Assembly (NCBI GenBank): GCA_964372785.1
Contig: CAYJSA010000001.1
Location: 2,226 to 42,608 of the forward strand
DNA length: 40,383 nt
Direction of reading: 5' to 3'
Source: an uncultured Candidatus Saccharibacteria bacterium
Lineage (GTDB): Bacteria > Patescibacteriota > Minisyncoccia > Minisyncoccales > Staskawiczbacteraceae
Positions 7,909-14,842 of the stretch are shown one piece after another. Positions within the stretch are counted from its first letter, which is position 1. Each line of letters opens with the position of its first letter. The notes beneath the pieces were generated by a model, which was given only the letters and a program-made list of their open reading frames with translations, was not told where the DNA came from and searched no databases. Both the position numbers and the translations under genes were made by a program.

Positions 7909-8979
7909 ATGCTAAGTAAAGTAAAAAAATTATTTGCCTTTTTGACCATGGACATGGCCATTGATTTGGGGACGGCCAATTCCTTGGTGTATGTCAAAGA
8001 CAGGGGAATCATTATCAATGAGCCCTCTGTGGTTGCGATAAATAATAAAACTGGGCAGATTCTGGCTATCGGAGAAGAAGCTAAAAAAATGGTGGGGCGC
8101 ACGCCAAGCTATATTACGGCTACCAGACCCTTGGTCAACGGGGTTATTTCAGATTTTGAAGTGACCGAGCAAATGCTCAAATACTTTATTGAAAAAGCGG
8201 TCGCTGGAAGTAAGAAATGGTGGGGGTTTGGATATTCCCCAAGGGTAATTATTGGCATTCCCTGTGGAGTAACTGAAGTGGAAAGAAAAGCCGTAAGAGA
8301 TGCGGCAAAGAATGCGGGCGCCCGTACGGTATTTTTAATTGAAGAACCGTTGGCATCTGCCATTGGTGCAAAGTTGCCCATCCAAGAACCCGGAGGAAAT
8401 TTTATTGTTGACATTGGCGGGGGGACTACCGAAGTTGCGGTAATTTCTTTAGGGGGAATTGTAGCCTTTAGAAGTTTGCGTATTGCCGGAGATAAATTGA
8501 ATGATGATATTATCCAATTTGCCCAAAAAGAATATAAATTGTTAATTGGGGAAAGAACCGCGGAGTTTATTAAAATAAATATCGGGTCAGCCTTGCCGTT
8601 GAAAGATAAAAAAGAAATTCCTATGAGGGGTAGGAACTTGGTAACGGGTTTGCCCGAAGAAGTGGTGGTGTTTAATGATGATATTCAGCGCGCCTTGGAA
8701 AGGTCAGTAAAACAAATTGTGGCGGCAATTAAAGTAACCATTGAAGAAACTCCGCCGGAACTTTTGGCTGATGTGATGACTAATGGGATTTACTTGGCGG
8801 GCGGGGGGTCGCTGTTAAAAGGATTGGACCAATTAATTACTCGTGAAACAAAAATGCCATGCAGAATTATTGATGACCCGCTCACTTCTGTTGTGCGTGG
8901 TTGTGGAATAACCTTAGAAAATATAGACGAATTGGCCAACTTGTTGGCAAAGGATGAAGAATGGGGAGCACCGGTTTAA
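7909..8979 (+). CDS. mreB: second MreB paralogue
   Basis: MAIDLGTANSLVYV, DIGGGTTEVAVISLGG and LAGGGSLL motifs, with an N-terminal amphipathic extension. Confidence 0.85.
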   Translation: MLSKVKKLFAFLTMDMAIDLGTANSLVYVKDRGIIINEPSVVAINNKTGQILAIGEEAKKMVGRTPSYITATRPLVNGVISDFEVTEQMLKYFIEKAVAGSKKWWGFGYSPRVIIGIPCGVTEVERKAVRDAAKNAGARTVFLIEEPLASAIGAKLPIQEPGGNFIVDIGGGTTEVAVISLGGIVAFRSLRIAGDKLNDDIIQFAQKEYKLLIGERTAEFIKINIGSALPLKDKKEIPMRGRNLVTGLPEEVVVFNDDIQRALERSVKQIVAAIKVTIEETPPELLADVMTNGIYLAGGGSLLKGLDQLITRETKMPCRIIDDPLTSVVRGCGITLENIDELANLLAKDEEWGAPV

Positions 8980-9006
8980 CCAAAAAGCGCTCGTGGCGCT
9001 TTTTGG
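8980..9006 (+). terminator. intrinsic terminator after mreB-2
   Basis: CCAAAAAGCGC-TCGTG-GCGCTTTTTGG. Confidence 0.65.
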
Positions 9007-9110
9007 TTAAACTGCAATTTTAAATTTCTAATTTTAAATTTTAAATAAGTAAGTGTTGGGATTTTGACAAGGCAAAATCCCAACGGATTGATAATTTTAT
9101 ACAAAAAAAC

Positions 9111-9140
9111 AAGCCCTCGTCGCGGATGCGTCGAGGGCTT
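9111..9140. terminator. hairpin terminator of cassette C (minus strand)
   Basis: AAGCCCTCG...CGAGGGCTT. The minus strand reads hairpin then GTTTTTTTG. Confidence 0.7.
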
Positions 9141-9149
9141 TTGGTTTTA

Positions 9150-9431
9150 CTAGCGAAGGCAGTCATCCAGGTTGATTGCCTCCGCGTTCGGGTCTATGGG
9201 TTTGTAGGGTGGCCAGTCAAAATACTCATCCCACCTTCGGCACTCATAAATCCATTTCTTGAGCTCCTGGAGAGGAATATTTTTCCGATTGGCTTTCCGC
9301 ACAGTGTCTTTGATCAGGCCCTTTCTTCTTTTGGGGCCCAGCGTTGGGTCTCCCAAGAGCATCCATGACATCCAGTCGCCGTCATAGAAGCCCACTGCTT
9401 TGCAGATTTCTTGCCAACGTTGTTTGTTCAC
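9150..9431 (-). CDS. 93-aa hypothetical protein (cassette C, distal gene)
   Basis: GTG start 5 nt after AAAGGAGG. Trp-rich, with no recognisable domain. Confidence 0.6.
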   Translation of the reverse strand: MNKQRWQEICKAVGFYDGDWMSWMLLGDPTLGPKRRKGLIKDTVRKANRKNIPLQELKKWIYECRRWDEYFDWPPYKPIDPNAEAINLDDCLR

Positions 9432-9453
9432 AACTGCCTCCTTTGATTAGGGG

Positions 9454-9651
9454 TTACCTTCCGGTAACCCTGACTCGGATTGCCACAAGGGCAATTAGGC
9501 CGATTGCGGGGATGGTCCCCGTACCGGCTCCTGCGAGCCACAGGTACCAATCTTCCTGGCCTGCCGAAGCTCTGCCGAGGCAGAAGCTCATGCAGTTGAC
9601 TGTGGCGAAGAAGAACATCGCCACGGCCACTTTTTTCAACGTGCGTATCAT
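9454..9651 (-). CDS. 65-aa exported/membrane mini-protein (cassette C, proximal gene)
   Basis: ATG after AGAGGA. N-terminal signal-like segment KKVAVAMFFFATVNCMSFC and C-terminal hydrophobic segment IPAIGLIALVAI followed by RVRVTGR. Confidence 0.55.
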   Translation of the reverse strand: MIRTLKKVAVAMFFFATVNCMSFCLGRASAGQEDWYLWLAGAGTGTIPAIGLIALVAIRVRVTGR

Positions 9652-9699
9652 TAGAGGGTCCTCTTGAGGGGGTAGGGGTAGTGTTGAGTCTATTCTTTA

Positions 9700-9727
9700 A
9701 TTATACACCTAGAAGTATATTTGTCAA
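9700..9727 (-). promoter_or_regulatory. consensus sigma70 promoter for cassette C
   Basis: Minus strand: TTGACA (9727-9722), 16 nt, TATAAT (9705-9700). Confidence 0.55.
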
Positions 9728-9730
9728 TAG

Positions 9731-9759
9731 TTGAGAAGATATGTCAAGTTTGATACAAT
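9731..9759 (+). promoter_or_regulatory. promoter of the gatC-gatA unit
   Basis: TTGAGA (9731-9736), 17 nt, TGa-TACAAT extended -10 (9751-9759). The A of ATG 9766 is 7 nt downstream. Confidence 0.5.
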
Positions 9760-9765
9760 TTATCA

Positions 9766-9801
9766 ATGATTTCAAAAGAAGAAGTTTACCCAGTTAAATA
9801 A
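9766..9801 (+). CDS. 11-codon leaderless mini-ORF duplicating the gatC start (MISKEEVYPVK)
   Basis: The first 21 nt are 17/21 identical to the gatC start at 9868. The ORF sits at the predicted TSS. Confidence 0.3.
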   Translation: MISKEEVYPVK

Positions 9802-9846
9802 AATCCCGGGGATTTTAATTTCGCTTTGCGAAATTATTTAACCGGG
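9789..9846 (+). promoter_or_regulatory. three-helix structured spacer between the mini-ORF and gatC
   Basis: Outer stem CCCAGTTAAATAA / TTATTTAACCGGG (9789-9801 / 9834-9846) encloses hairpins AAATC..GATTT and AATTTCGC-TTT-GCGAAATT. Confidence 0.4.
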
Positions 9847-9867
9847 TGAACATATTGCCAAATTATT

Positions 9868-10215
9868 ATGATATCCAAGCAAGAAGTTGAACACATTGCA
9901 AAGCTCGCAAGATTGGAATTGACGCCGCAAGAAGTGGGAAAAATGCAAAAAGATTTGTCATCAATCTTGGATTACTTCAACATACTGAAGCAAGCTCCAG
10001 TATCGCAGACCATCGCAGACCGCACGCAGACTAACGCAGACAAAAACGGTGTCCGCGTAGGTCAGCGTAAAGTCCGCGTAAGTCCGCGATTTTTACGAAG
10101 TGAAAATGGGCGGAAAGATTTGGTGATAGAAAGACCCGCGAGCTTGGCGAATAACCTAGTTGAGGCTGCGCCGGACAAAAAAGATAGATACGTGAAAGTC
10201 AAAAGTATTCTTTGA
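9868..10215 (+). CDS. gatC: Asp/Glu-tRNA amidotransferase subunit C carrying an in-frame repeat insertion
   Basis: MISKQEVEHIAKLARLELTPQE...ILDYF is the canonical GatC N-terminus and ...DRYVKVKSIL the C-terminus. The central ~25 aa are encoded by a repeat element. Confidence 0.8.
   Translation: MISKQEVEHIAKLARLELTPQEVGKMQKDLSSILDYFNILKQAPVSQTIADRTQTNADKNGVRVGQRKVRVSPRFLRSENGRKDLVIERPASLANNLVEAAPDKKDRYVKVKSIL
10001..10100. repeat. periodic CGCAGAC x4 / TCCGCGTA-like x4 element inside gatC
   Basis: CGCAGAC at 10004, 10014, 10025 and 10035. TC(C/A)GCG(T/A) at 10052, 10062, 10073 and 10083. The period is 10-11 nt. The tail TCCGCGATTTTTACGAA (10083-10099) is identical to 11945-11961. Confidence 0.65.
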
Positions 10216-10363
10216 CTTTGAAATTATTCTAATTGCTCTAATTAATCTAATTATTCTGAATAATGACCAAATATGTGAAAGACCCAAAACGTTTTAGACA
10301 TTAGGCATTTAGAATTTAGGATTTGATTAGGTTAATTAGAATAATTAGGTTAATTAGAAATTT
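10216..10363. repeat. word-periodic inverted-repeat element (CTAATT / AATTAG family)
   Basis: CTAATT x3 in the 5' arm and (T)TAATTAG / ATTAGG x6 in the 3' arm. Alignable to 5252-5395. Confidence 0.6.
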
Positions 10364-11848
10364 ATGGAAGATTTATTAAATCTGACTATCGTCCAGCTTC
10401 ACGAAGGCTTTAAAAAAAAGCAGTTTACTTCAGTTGAAGTGACAAAAGCTTATTTAGACCAAATCAAAAAAACTGATGACAAAATCGGCGCATATTTAAC
10501 TGTTACTGAAGAGTTGGCGTTGGCGCAAGCAGGGGAGGCAGATAAAGTTATTGCTACAGCTCTGGAAAGGGAAAAAGACCAGAGCACCATTAATGGTGCT
10601 CGGCCGAGCTCTCAAAGCGTTGAGAGCTCTGGTTTTCCAGTGCTAATGGGGATTCCTTTTTGCGTAAAAGATGCCATTTTAGTGGAGGGTCAGATTGCAA
10701 CCGCCGGTTCAAAAATATTGGAAAATTATGTGGCGCCGTATGATGCAACGGTTATCAGGAAACTAAAAGAACAAGGGGGTGTAATTTTAGGGAAAACAAA
10801 TATGGATTGTTTTGGGTTCGGCAGTTCTACCGAAAATTCGGCATTCAAAGTTACCAAAAACCCTCACGACGTAACTCGGGTCGCCGGAGGAAGTTCGGGT
10901 GGTTCAGCTGCATCAATTGCCGCTAAAGAGTCTTGTTTCGCTTTGGGTGAAGATACGGGAGGCTCAATTAGGCAGCCAGCTTCTTTCTGCGGTGTGGTGG
11001 GGCTAAAACCAACGTATGGCGCGGTTTCTCGCTATGGGGTTTATGCATATGCATCTTCACTAGATCAAATAGGTCCAATGGCTAGAACCGTTGAAGATGT
11101 AAAAACAATTTTTAAGGTGATTTCAGGAAAAGACCCCATGGATGCCACTTCAGTTAACTACGAATTTAAAGAGTTGGATGTGAAGATGCGTGGTTTAAAA
11201 ATTGGTGTTCCAAAAGAATACTTTGCCAAAGGGATTGAAGCGCAAGTTGAAAAAATAATTAAAAACGCCATAAAAAAAGCGGAGGATGCCGGGGCAAAAA
11301 TTATTGAAATCAGCTTGCCAGCAACTGAATACGCTTTGGCTTGTTACTATATTATCGCGCCCTGTGAGGCATCAACTAATTTAGCAAGATTTGATGGGAT
11401 TAAGTATGCGTTGTCTGAACCAGCGGATAACTTATTGGATGTATATTTAAAAACACGCGGAAAAGGATTTAACGCAGAAGCTAAAAGAAGAATTATTATT
11501 GGGACATACGCGCTGTCTAGCGGATACTATGACGCGTACTATAAAAAAGCGCAGGAGGTTAGGCAGTTGATTAGGCAGGATTTTGAAAATGCTTTTAATA
11601 ACGTGGATGTGATATTTGCGCCGGTTTCACCTTTTCCGGCATTTAAAATAGGGGAAAAGGCGGAAGACCCGCTTTCTATGTATTTAGCCGATATTTATAC
11701 GATTTCATTAAATTTAGCCGGTCTCCCGGGGCTTTCATTGCCCGCGGGGAAAGTGGGTAAGTTGCCCGTTGGCTTGCAGATTATAGGTAATCACTTTGAA
11801 GAAAATAAAATCCTGGCAGTAGCACAACAAATGGAAAAAATGCTATAA
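10364..11848 (+). CDS. gatA: Asp/Glu-tRNA amidotransferase subunit A carrying an in-frame palindromic insertion
   Basis: Amidase signature GGSSGGSAASIA, KD...GIPFCVKD. 494 aa. Confidence 0.9.
   Translation: MEDLLNLTIVQLHEGFKKKQFTSVEVTKAYLDQIKKTDDKIGAYLTVTEELALAQAGEADKVIATALEREKDQSTINGARPSSQSVESSGFPVLMGIPFCVKDAILVEGQIATAGSKILENYVAPYDATVIRKLKEQGGVILGKTNMDCFGFGSSTENSAFKVTKNPHDVTRVAGGSSGGSAASIAAKESCFALGEDTGGSIRQPASFCGVVGLKPTYGAVSRYGVYAYASSLDQIGPMARTVEDVKTIFKVISGKDPMDATSVNYEFKELDVKMRGLKIGVPKEYFAKGIEAQVEKIIKNAIKKAEDAGAKIIEISLPATEYALACYYIIAPCEASTNLARFDGIKYALSEPADNLLDVYLKTRGKGFNAEAKRRIIIGTYALSSGYYDAYYKKAQEVRQLIRQDFENAFNNVDVIFAPVSPFPAFKIGEKAEDPLSMYLADIYTISLNLAGLPGLSLPAGKVGKLPVGLQIIGNHFEENKILAVAQQMEKML
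10559..10632. repeat. cluster of three perfect hairpins inside gatA
   Basis: GCTCTGG...CCAGAGC (10559-10585); the 20-bp palindrome GAGCACCATTAATGGTGCTC (10582-10601); GAGCTCTCAA-AGCG-TTGAGAGCTC (10606-10629). Confidence 0.6.
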
Positions 11849-11865
11849 TTTCATTAGATAATGAA

Positions 11866-11961
11866 ATCCGCGGGACTACGCGGAAACTCACGCAGAAAAA
11901 CGCGGAAACACTTCCGCATAATTCTGCGTAAAATTCCGCATTATTCCGCGATTTTTACGAA
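11866..11961. repeat. intergenic copy of the ACGC(A/G)GAA / TTC(C/T)GC element
   Basis: ACGCGGAA, ACGCAGAA, ACGCGGAA, then TTCCGCAT, TTCTGCGT, TTCCGCAT, TTCCGCGA. It ends with TCCGCGATTTTTACGAA, as in gatC. Confidence 0.6.
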
Positions 11962-11967
11962 ATAAAA

Positions 11968-12510
11968 ATGAGTTGGGATCAAATATACGGGTTTTTGGGC
12001 ATAAGGGAATTTATGTATTTTATCTCTTCGCCCGATATCCAACATGAACTTTTACCCATCAAATTGGTGTTTTACGCTTTTACCATTTTTTTTCTTTGCG
12101 CGGTGATTTATTTATATATCAATAGCAGCTATATACAGTTTAAGTTTTTGCAAGACGTTGCGGAATTTTTTTCTTGGCAACCGTATGGTTTACGCTCGGT
12201 GAATAAACGTTGGGCTAAGATTATGAAAAGGACTGAATCTGGGGCCGAAAGCGATTATAAATTTGCCATCGTAGAAGCTGATGATTTCTTATATCAGGTA
12301 TTGGAAGAAGCAGGGTATGAAGGAGAAACGTTTGAAGAGTTAGCGGGTAATGCCGGCAAAAAAATGTCGAATAATTTTAAGGATATTTTAGAAGCTCACG
12401 CTATCAGGAACCTGGTAGTATACGACCTTGATTATAAGCTTGATTTGGACTTGGCTAAAAGAATGCTGTCCAGTTACGAAAACGCCATTAAAAATATATC
12501 AATATCGTAA
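11968..12510 (+). CDS. hypothetical membrane protein
   Basis: 180-aa ORF with one clear TM segment (LVFYAFTIFFLCAVIYLYI). Backbone composition. Confidence 0.65.
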   Translation: MSWDQIYGFLGIREFMYFISSPDIQHELLPIKLVFYAFTIFFLCAVIYLYINSSYIQFKFLQDVAEFFSWQPYGLRSVNKRWAKIMKRTESGAESDYKFAIVEADDFLYQVLEEAGYEGETFEELAGNAGKKMSNNFKDILEAHAIRNLVVYDLDYKLDLDLAKRMLSSYENAIKNISIS

Positions 12511-12522
12511 GTGTGCGAACTT

Positions 12523-12555
12523 AAAAAACCAGCCTGGATTGCAGGCTGGTTTTTT
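12523..12555. terminator. bidirectional intrinsic terminator
   Basis: AAAAAA-CCAGCCTG-GATTG-CAGGCTGG-TTTTTT. Confidence 0.75.
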
Positions 12556-12579
12556 AATTAAGAATTTGATAGGATAAAA

Positions 12580-12687
12580 TCATCTGAAAAACCCTATTCC
12601 CACGGAGAAAATAATCAAACTTAGGGCAACTAAACTTATAAGTATTACCCAAACTGTTCTGAAAAGCTTTTTTGCTGTTATTTTCAT
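12580..12687 (-). CDS. possible 35-aa single-TM mini-protein
   Basis: MKITAKKLFRTVWVILISLVALSLIIFSVGIGFFR. It ends at the bidirectional terminator but has no SD. Confidence 0.3.
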   Translation of the reverse strand: MKITAKKLFRTVWVILISLVALSLIIFSVGIGFFR

Positions 12688-12708
12688 GTATTTAGATATA
12701 ATAATATT

Positions 12709-12942
12709 AGATCTGGAATGGGGTCGGTCAAGTTGCGAGATTTATCCGCGTAAGCGGAAAATCCCGACTCGGAAACATACGGTTTCCCCGTGGAGGAAAA
12801 CAGTGCCGCGAGGATTCCAGAGCGGACGCGTTAGAAACCGTGTAGAGACGCGAGAATTATCCGCTTTAGCGGAAATTCCCGTCTGTGGTTTCTAAAAAGC
12901 GATCCCCAGTTTACGGGGCGAGCGAATGACTCCCTACTACCT
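12709..12942 (+). promoter_or_regulatory. GC-rich structured leader / candidate ncRNA upstream of ftsB-like gene
   Basis: Two homologous ~45-nt hairpin modules (12722-12769 and 12846-12884) with compensatory substitutions, plus a central region with alternative pairings. Confidence 0.4.
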
Positions 12943-13338
12943 ATGATATCAGATTTTAAGAAAAAACAAAAGAGGAACGCCTCAAGCCATATATTGCTAA
13001 AAACAGGGGTGGTCTTGGTTATATGCATCTGCGCCTTTTTGGTTTTTACCAATATAAGAATGTTTCAAAAAAGGAATCAGCTTAACCGTCAGATTAGCGA
13101 TTTAAAAACCAAAATAGAAAATTTAAAAAACAGTAATAGCAATTTACAAGAAGGAATATCAAAGTCAAATGATACTGCGTATATAGAAAAAGTCGCCAGG
13201 GAGGAATTAGATTTACAAAAACCCGGAGAAAAGGTATTTTCTTTTGTTAAAACACCAGCCTCGCAACAGGATAACAGTTCTGAAAAAAATCCCTGGCCGG
13301 CATGGCTCGCCTGGGTTATTGAGTGGTTTAAAAAATAG
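12943..13338 (+). CDS. ftsB: septum formation initiator (FtsB/DivIC family)
   Basis: N-terminal TM, a coiled coil, and IEKVAREELDLQKPGEKVF typical of the family. Confidence 0.7.
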   Translation: MISDFKKKQKRNASSHILLKTGVVLVICICAFLVFTNIRMFQKRNQLNRQISDLKTKIENLKNSNSNLQEGISKSNDTAYIEKVAREELDLQKPGEKVFSFVKTPASQQDNSSEKNPWPAWLAWVIEWFKK

Positions 13339-13344
13339 AGTTGT

Positions 13345-13418
13345 GCGGGATTAGTATAGTGGCAGTACATAACCTTCCCAAGGTTAGGGCGCCGGTTCGA
13401 TTCCGGTATCCCGCTCCA
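13345..13418 (+). tRNA. tRNA-Gly (anticodon CCC), CCA encoded
   Basis: Manual cloverleaf: acceptor GCGGGAT/ATCCCGC, anticodon arm TAACC-TTCCCAA-GGTTA, T arm GCCGG-TTCGATT-CCGGT. Confidence 0.9.
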
Positions 13419-13450
13419 ATAAAAAAATCGCCGAAAAGGCGGTTTTTTTG

Positions 13451-13478
13451 TTGACATATTAACCCAAAGTAGTAAAAT
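13451..13478 (+). promoter_or_regulatory. promoter of cassette D
   Basis: TTGACA (13451-13456), 16 nt, TAAAAT (13473-13478). Confidence 0.5.
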
Positions 13479-13536
13479 CTTGGGTAGGGCGCTTTGGTTT
13501 CACTGGCAACAAAAACAACCAACAAGGAGTTGATCC

Positions 13537-14643
13537 ATGGCTACGAAGACGACAGAATTCTTTGCGGAACAGTGTCCGTTCTGCAAGCGGGTGAGGTGGT
13601 ACTGGGTTGATGAGGACAAAGGCGAGGACTCCCGGTCGGAGTGGAAAGATGCTCTGCCCGATGGCGTGACGGTCAAAAAGTTCGGTCGGGCGGCGTGCGA
13701 TCGGAAAGCATGCGTCAAGCAGAACATCGCTGACCTTCAGGCCGAAGTCAAAGATGAAGGCTTGGTGCCGGCGTCGGGAAAGATTCTCGTTGTGTCGCGC
13801 GGCTCTATCAAGTCGTTCGCCAAACAACCGCGCAAGTACTTCGACCAGGCAAAGCTAGAAGCCCTTGCCAAGAGCATCAAGCGGTTTGGTCAGCTGGTTC
13901 CGGTGTTTGTCAGGGAGCTGCCCCAAAGCAACGGATACTCCTGTCGCTACGAACTCATTGACGGCGAACGGAGGTTTCGCGCCTGTGGTATCGCGAAAGT
14001 GGATACCATGAAGATCATCATCTTCACTGTCAAAGATGAAGATGATCAGTTCGCCCAGTCGGTGCTTGCCAACCTCGGCCGGGTTGACCACGACCCGATC
14101 GAAATCGCCCTTGCCATCCAGCACTTTGTCGACAAGAAGATGCCGACGGACGAGATCGCTGACATGTTCACCACGTCAATTTCGTGGGTTGCCCAGCATC
14201 TCAAAATCCTTTCCCTTGATGAGCGGGTGCGGAACATGATGTCCATGTCAACCGCCGAAGAAAACCGGCTGCCTTTTTCCCATGCCGTGGTCATTGCTGA
14301 CCTTCCCAAGGAAAAGCAATTGGCAATGGCAAAACAGGTGGTGCAGGAAAAGCTCAAGGTCTTCGCGGTCAAGGTTCTTGTCGGATCAAAGACCGGAAAG
14401 CCCAATGCCGCGATTGGCGGTGCTGAACGAAGTCCCAATCGCGACTACAAACAGCTCCGTAGACTTCTCCGTCACATTCACGGCGACGTGGCAATCTTTG
14501 CCGACATGAACCAACAGTTCTTTAACAAGATGTTCTTGTTCAGAAATGCTAGCGACCGCCATGAAATGGTGGATCTCCTTGAACGAAGCATCTTCGACCT
14601 TGGGGCTGTGCTCGACGCCATAAAAGAAGTGAAAAAAGCATAA
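13537..14643 (+). CDS. orphan ParB/Srx-fold protein with N-terminal 4-Cys motif and HTH
   Basis: AAGGAG SD. CPFC...CDRKAC, LIDGERRFRA (ParB arginine patch), and the HTH TDEIADMFTTSISWVAQHLKIL. GC-rich. Confidence 0.8.
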   Translation: MATKTTEFFAEQCPFCKRVRWYWVDEDKGEDSRSEWKDALPDGVTVKKFGRAACDRKACVKQNIADLQAEVKDEGLVPASGKILVVSRGSIKSFAKQPRKYFDQAKLEALAKSIKRFGQLVPVFVRELPQSNGYSCRYELIDGERRFRACGIAKVDTMKIIIFTVKDEDDQFAQSVLANLGRVDHDPIEIALAIQHFVDKKMPTDEIADMFTTSISWVAQHLKILSLDERVRNMMSMSTAEENRLPFSHAVVIADLPKEKQLAMAKQVVQEKLKVFAVKVLVGSKTGKPNAAIGGAERSPNRDYKQLRRLLRHIHGDVAIFADMNQQFFNKMFLFRNASDRHEMVDLLERSIFDLGAVLDAIKEVKKA

Positions 14644-14650
14644 GCGCCAG

Positions 14651-14686
14651 AACTGCTTGACGAGCAATCGCCGGCAGTTTTTTATT
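14651..14686 (+). terminator. terminator after the ParB-like gene
   Basis: AACTGC...GCAGTT followed by TTTTT. Confidence 0.5.
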
Positions 14687-14697
14687 GCTCCTATATC

Positions 14698-14727
14698 TTG
14701 CACATAAAGAGATATTAGAGCTATAAT
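14698..14727 (+). promoter_or_regulatory. internal promoter of cassette D
   Basis: TTGCAC (14698-14703), 18 nt, TATAAT (14722-14727). Confidence 0.4.
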
Positions 14728-14748
14728 CAAAAGTAGCACATTCATTGA

Positions 14749-14803
14749 GACAGAAGCAGCCAATAGTCACCATGAAAAGTGGTAGTTATTGGCTGCGTCT
14801 GTC
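14749..14803 (+). promoter_or_regulatory. 23-bp imperfect hairpin / inverted repeat in the 5'UTR of the 14843 gene
   Basis: GACAGAAGCAGCCAATAGTCACC ... GGTAGTTATTGGCTGCGTCTGTC: 19 WC pairs, 2 GU pairs and 2 mismatches by hand pairing. Confidence 0.5.
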
Positions 14804-14842
14804 ACGGTGGCGGGCGCGGAAAAAAACGGAGAGGGATTTGCC

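Noticed and set aside
12686-12895. 69-aa + strand ORF (also 12831..13052 on the minus strand) in the region upstream of ftsB.
   Set aside because: The sequence is Arg/Pro-rich nonsense and has no SD. The region is better explained by two homologous hairpin modules whose compensatory changes do not respect any reading frame.
14749-14771. GAAGCAGCCAA, identical to part of the conserved SRP RNA domain IV strand.
   Set aside because: It is not preceded by the GNRA-capped helix of SRP RNA. It forms one arm of a 23-bp hairpin in a 5'UTR inside the ParB cassette, so it is probably coincidence.
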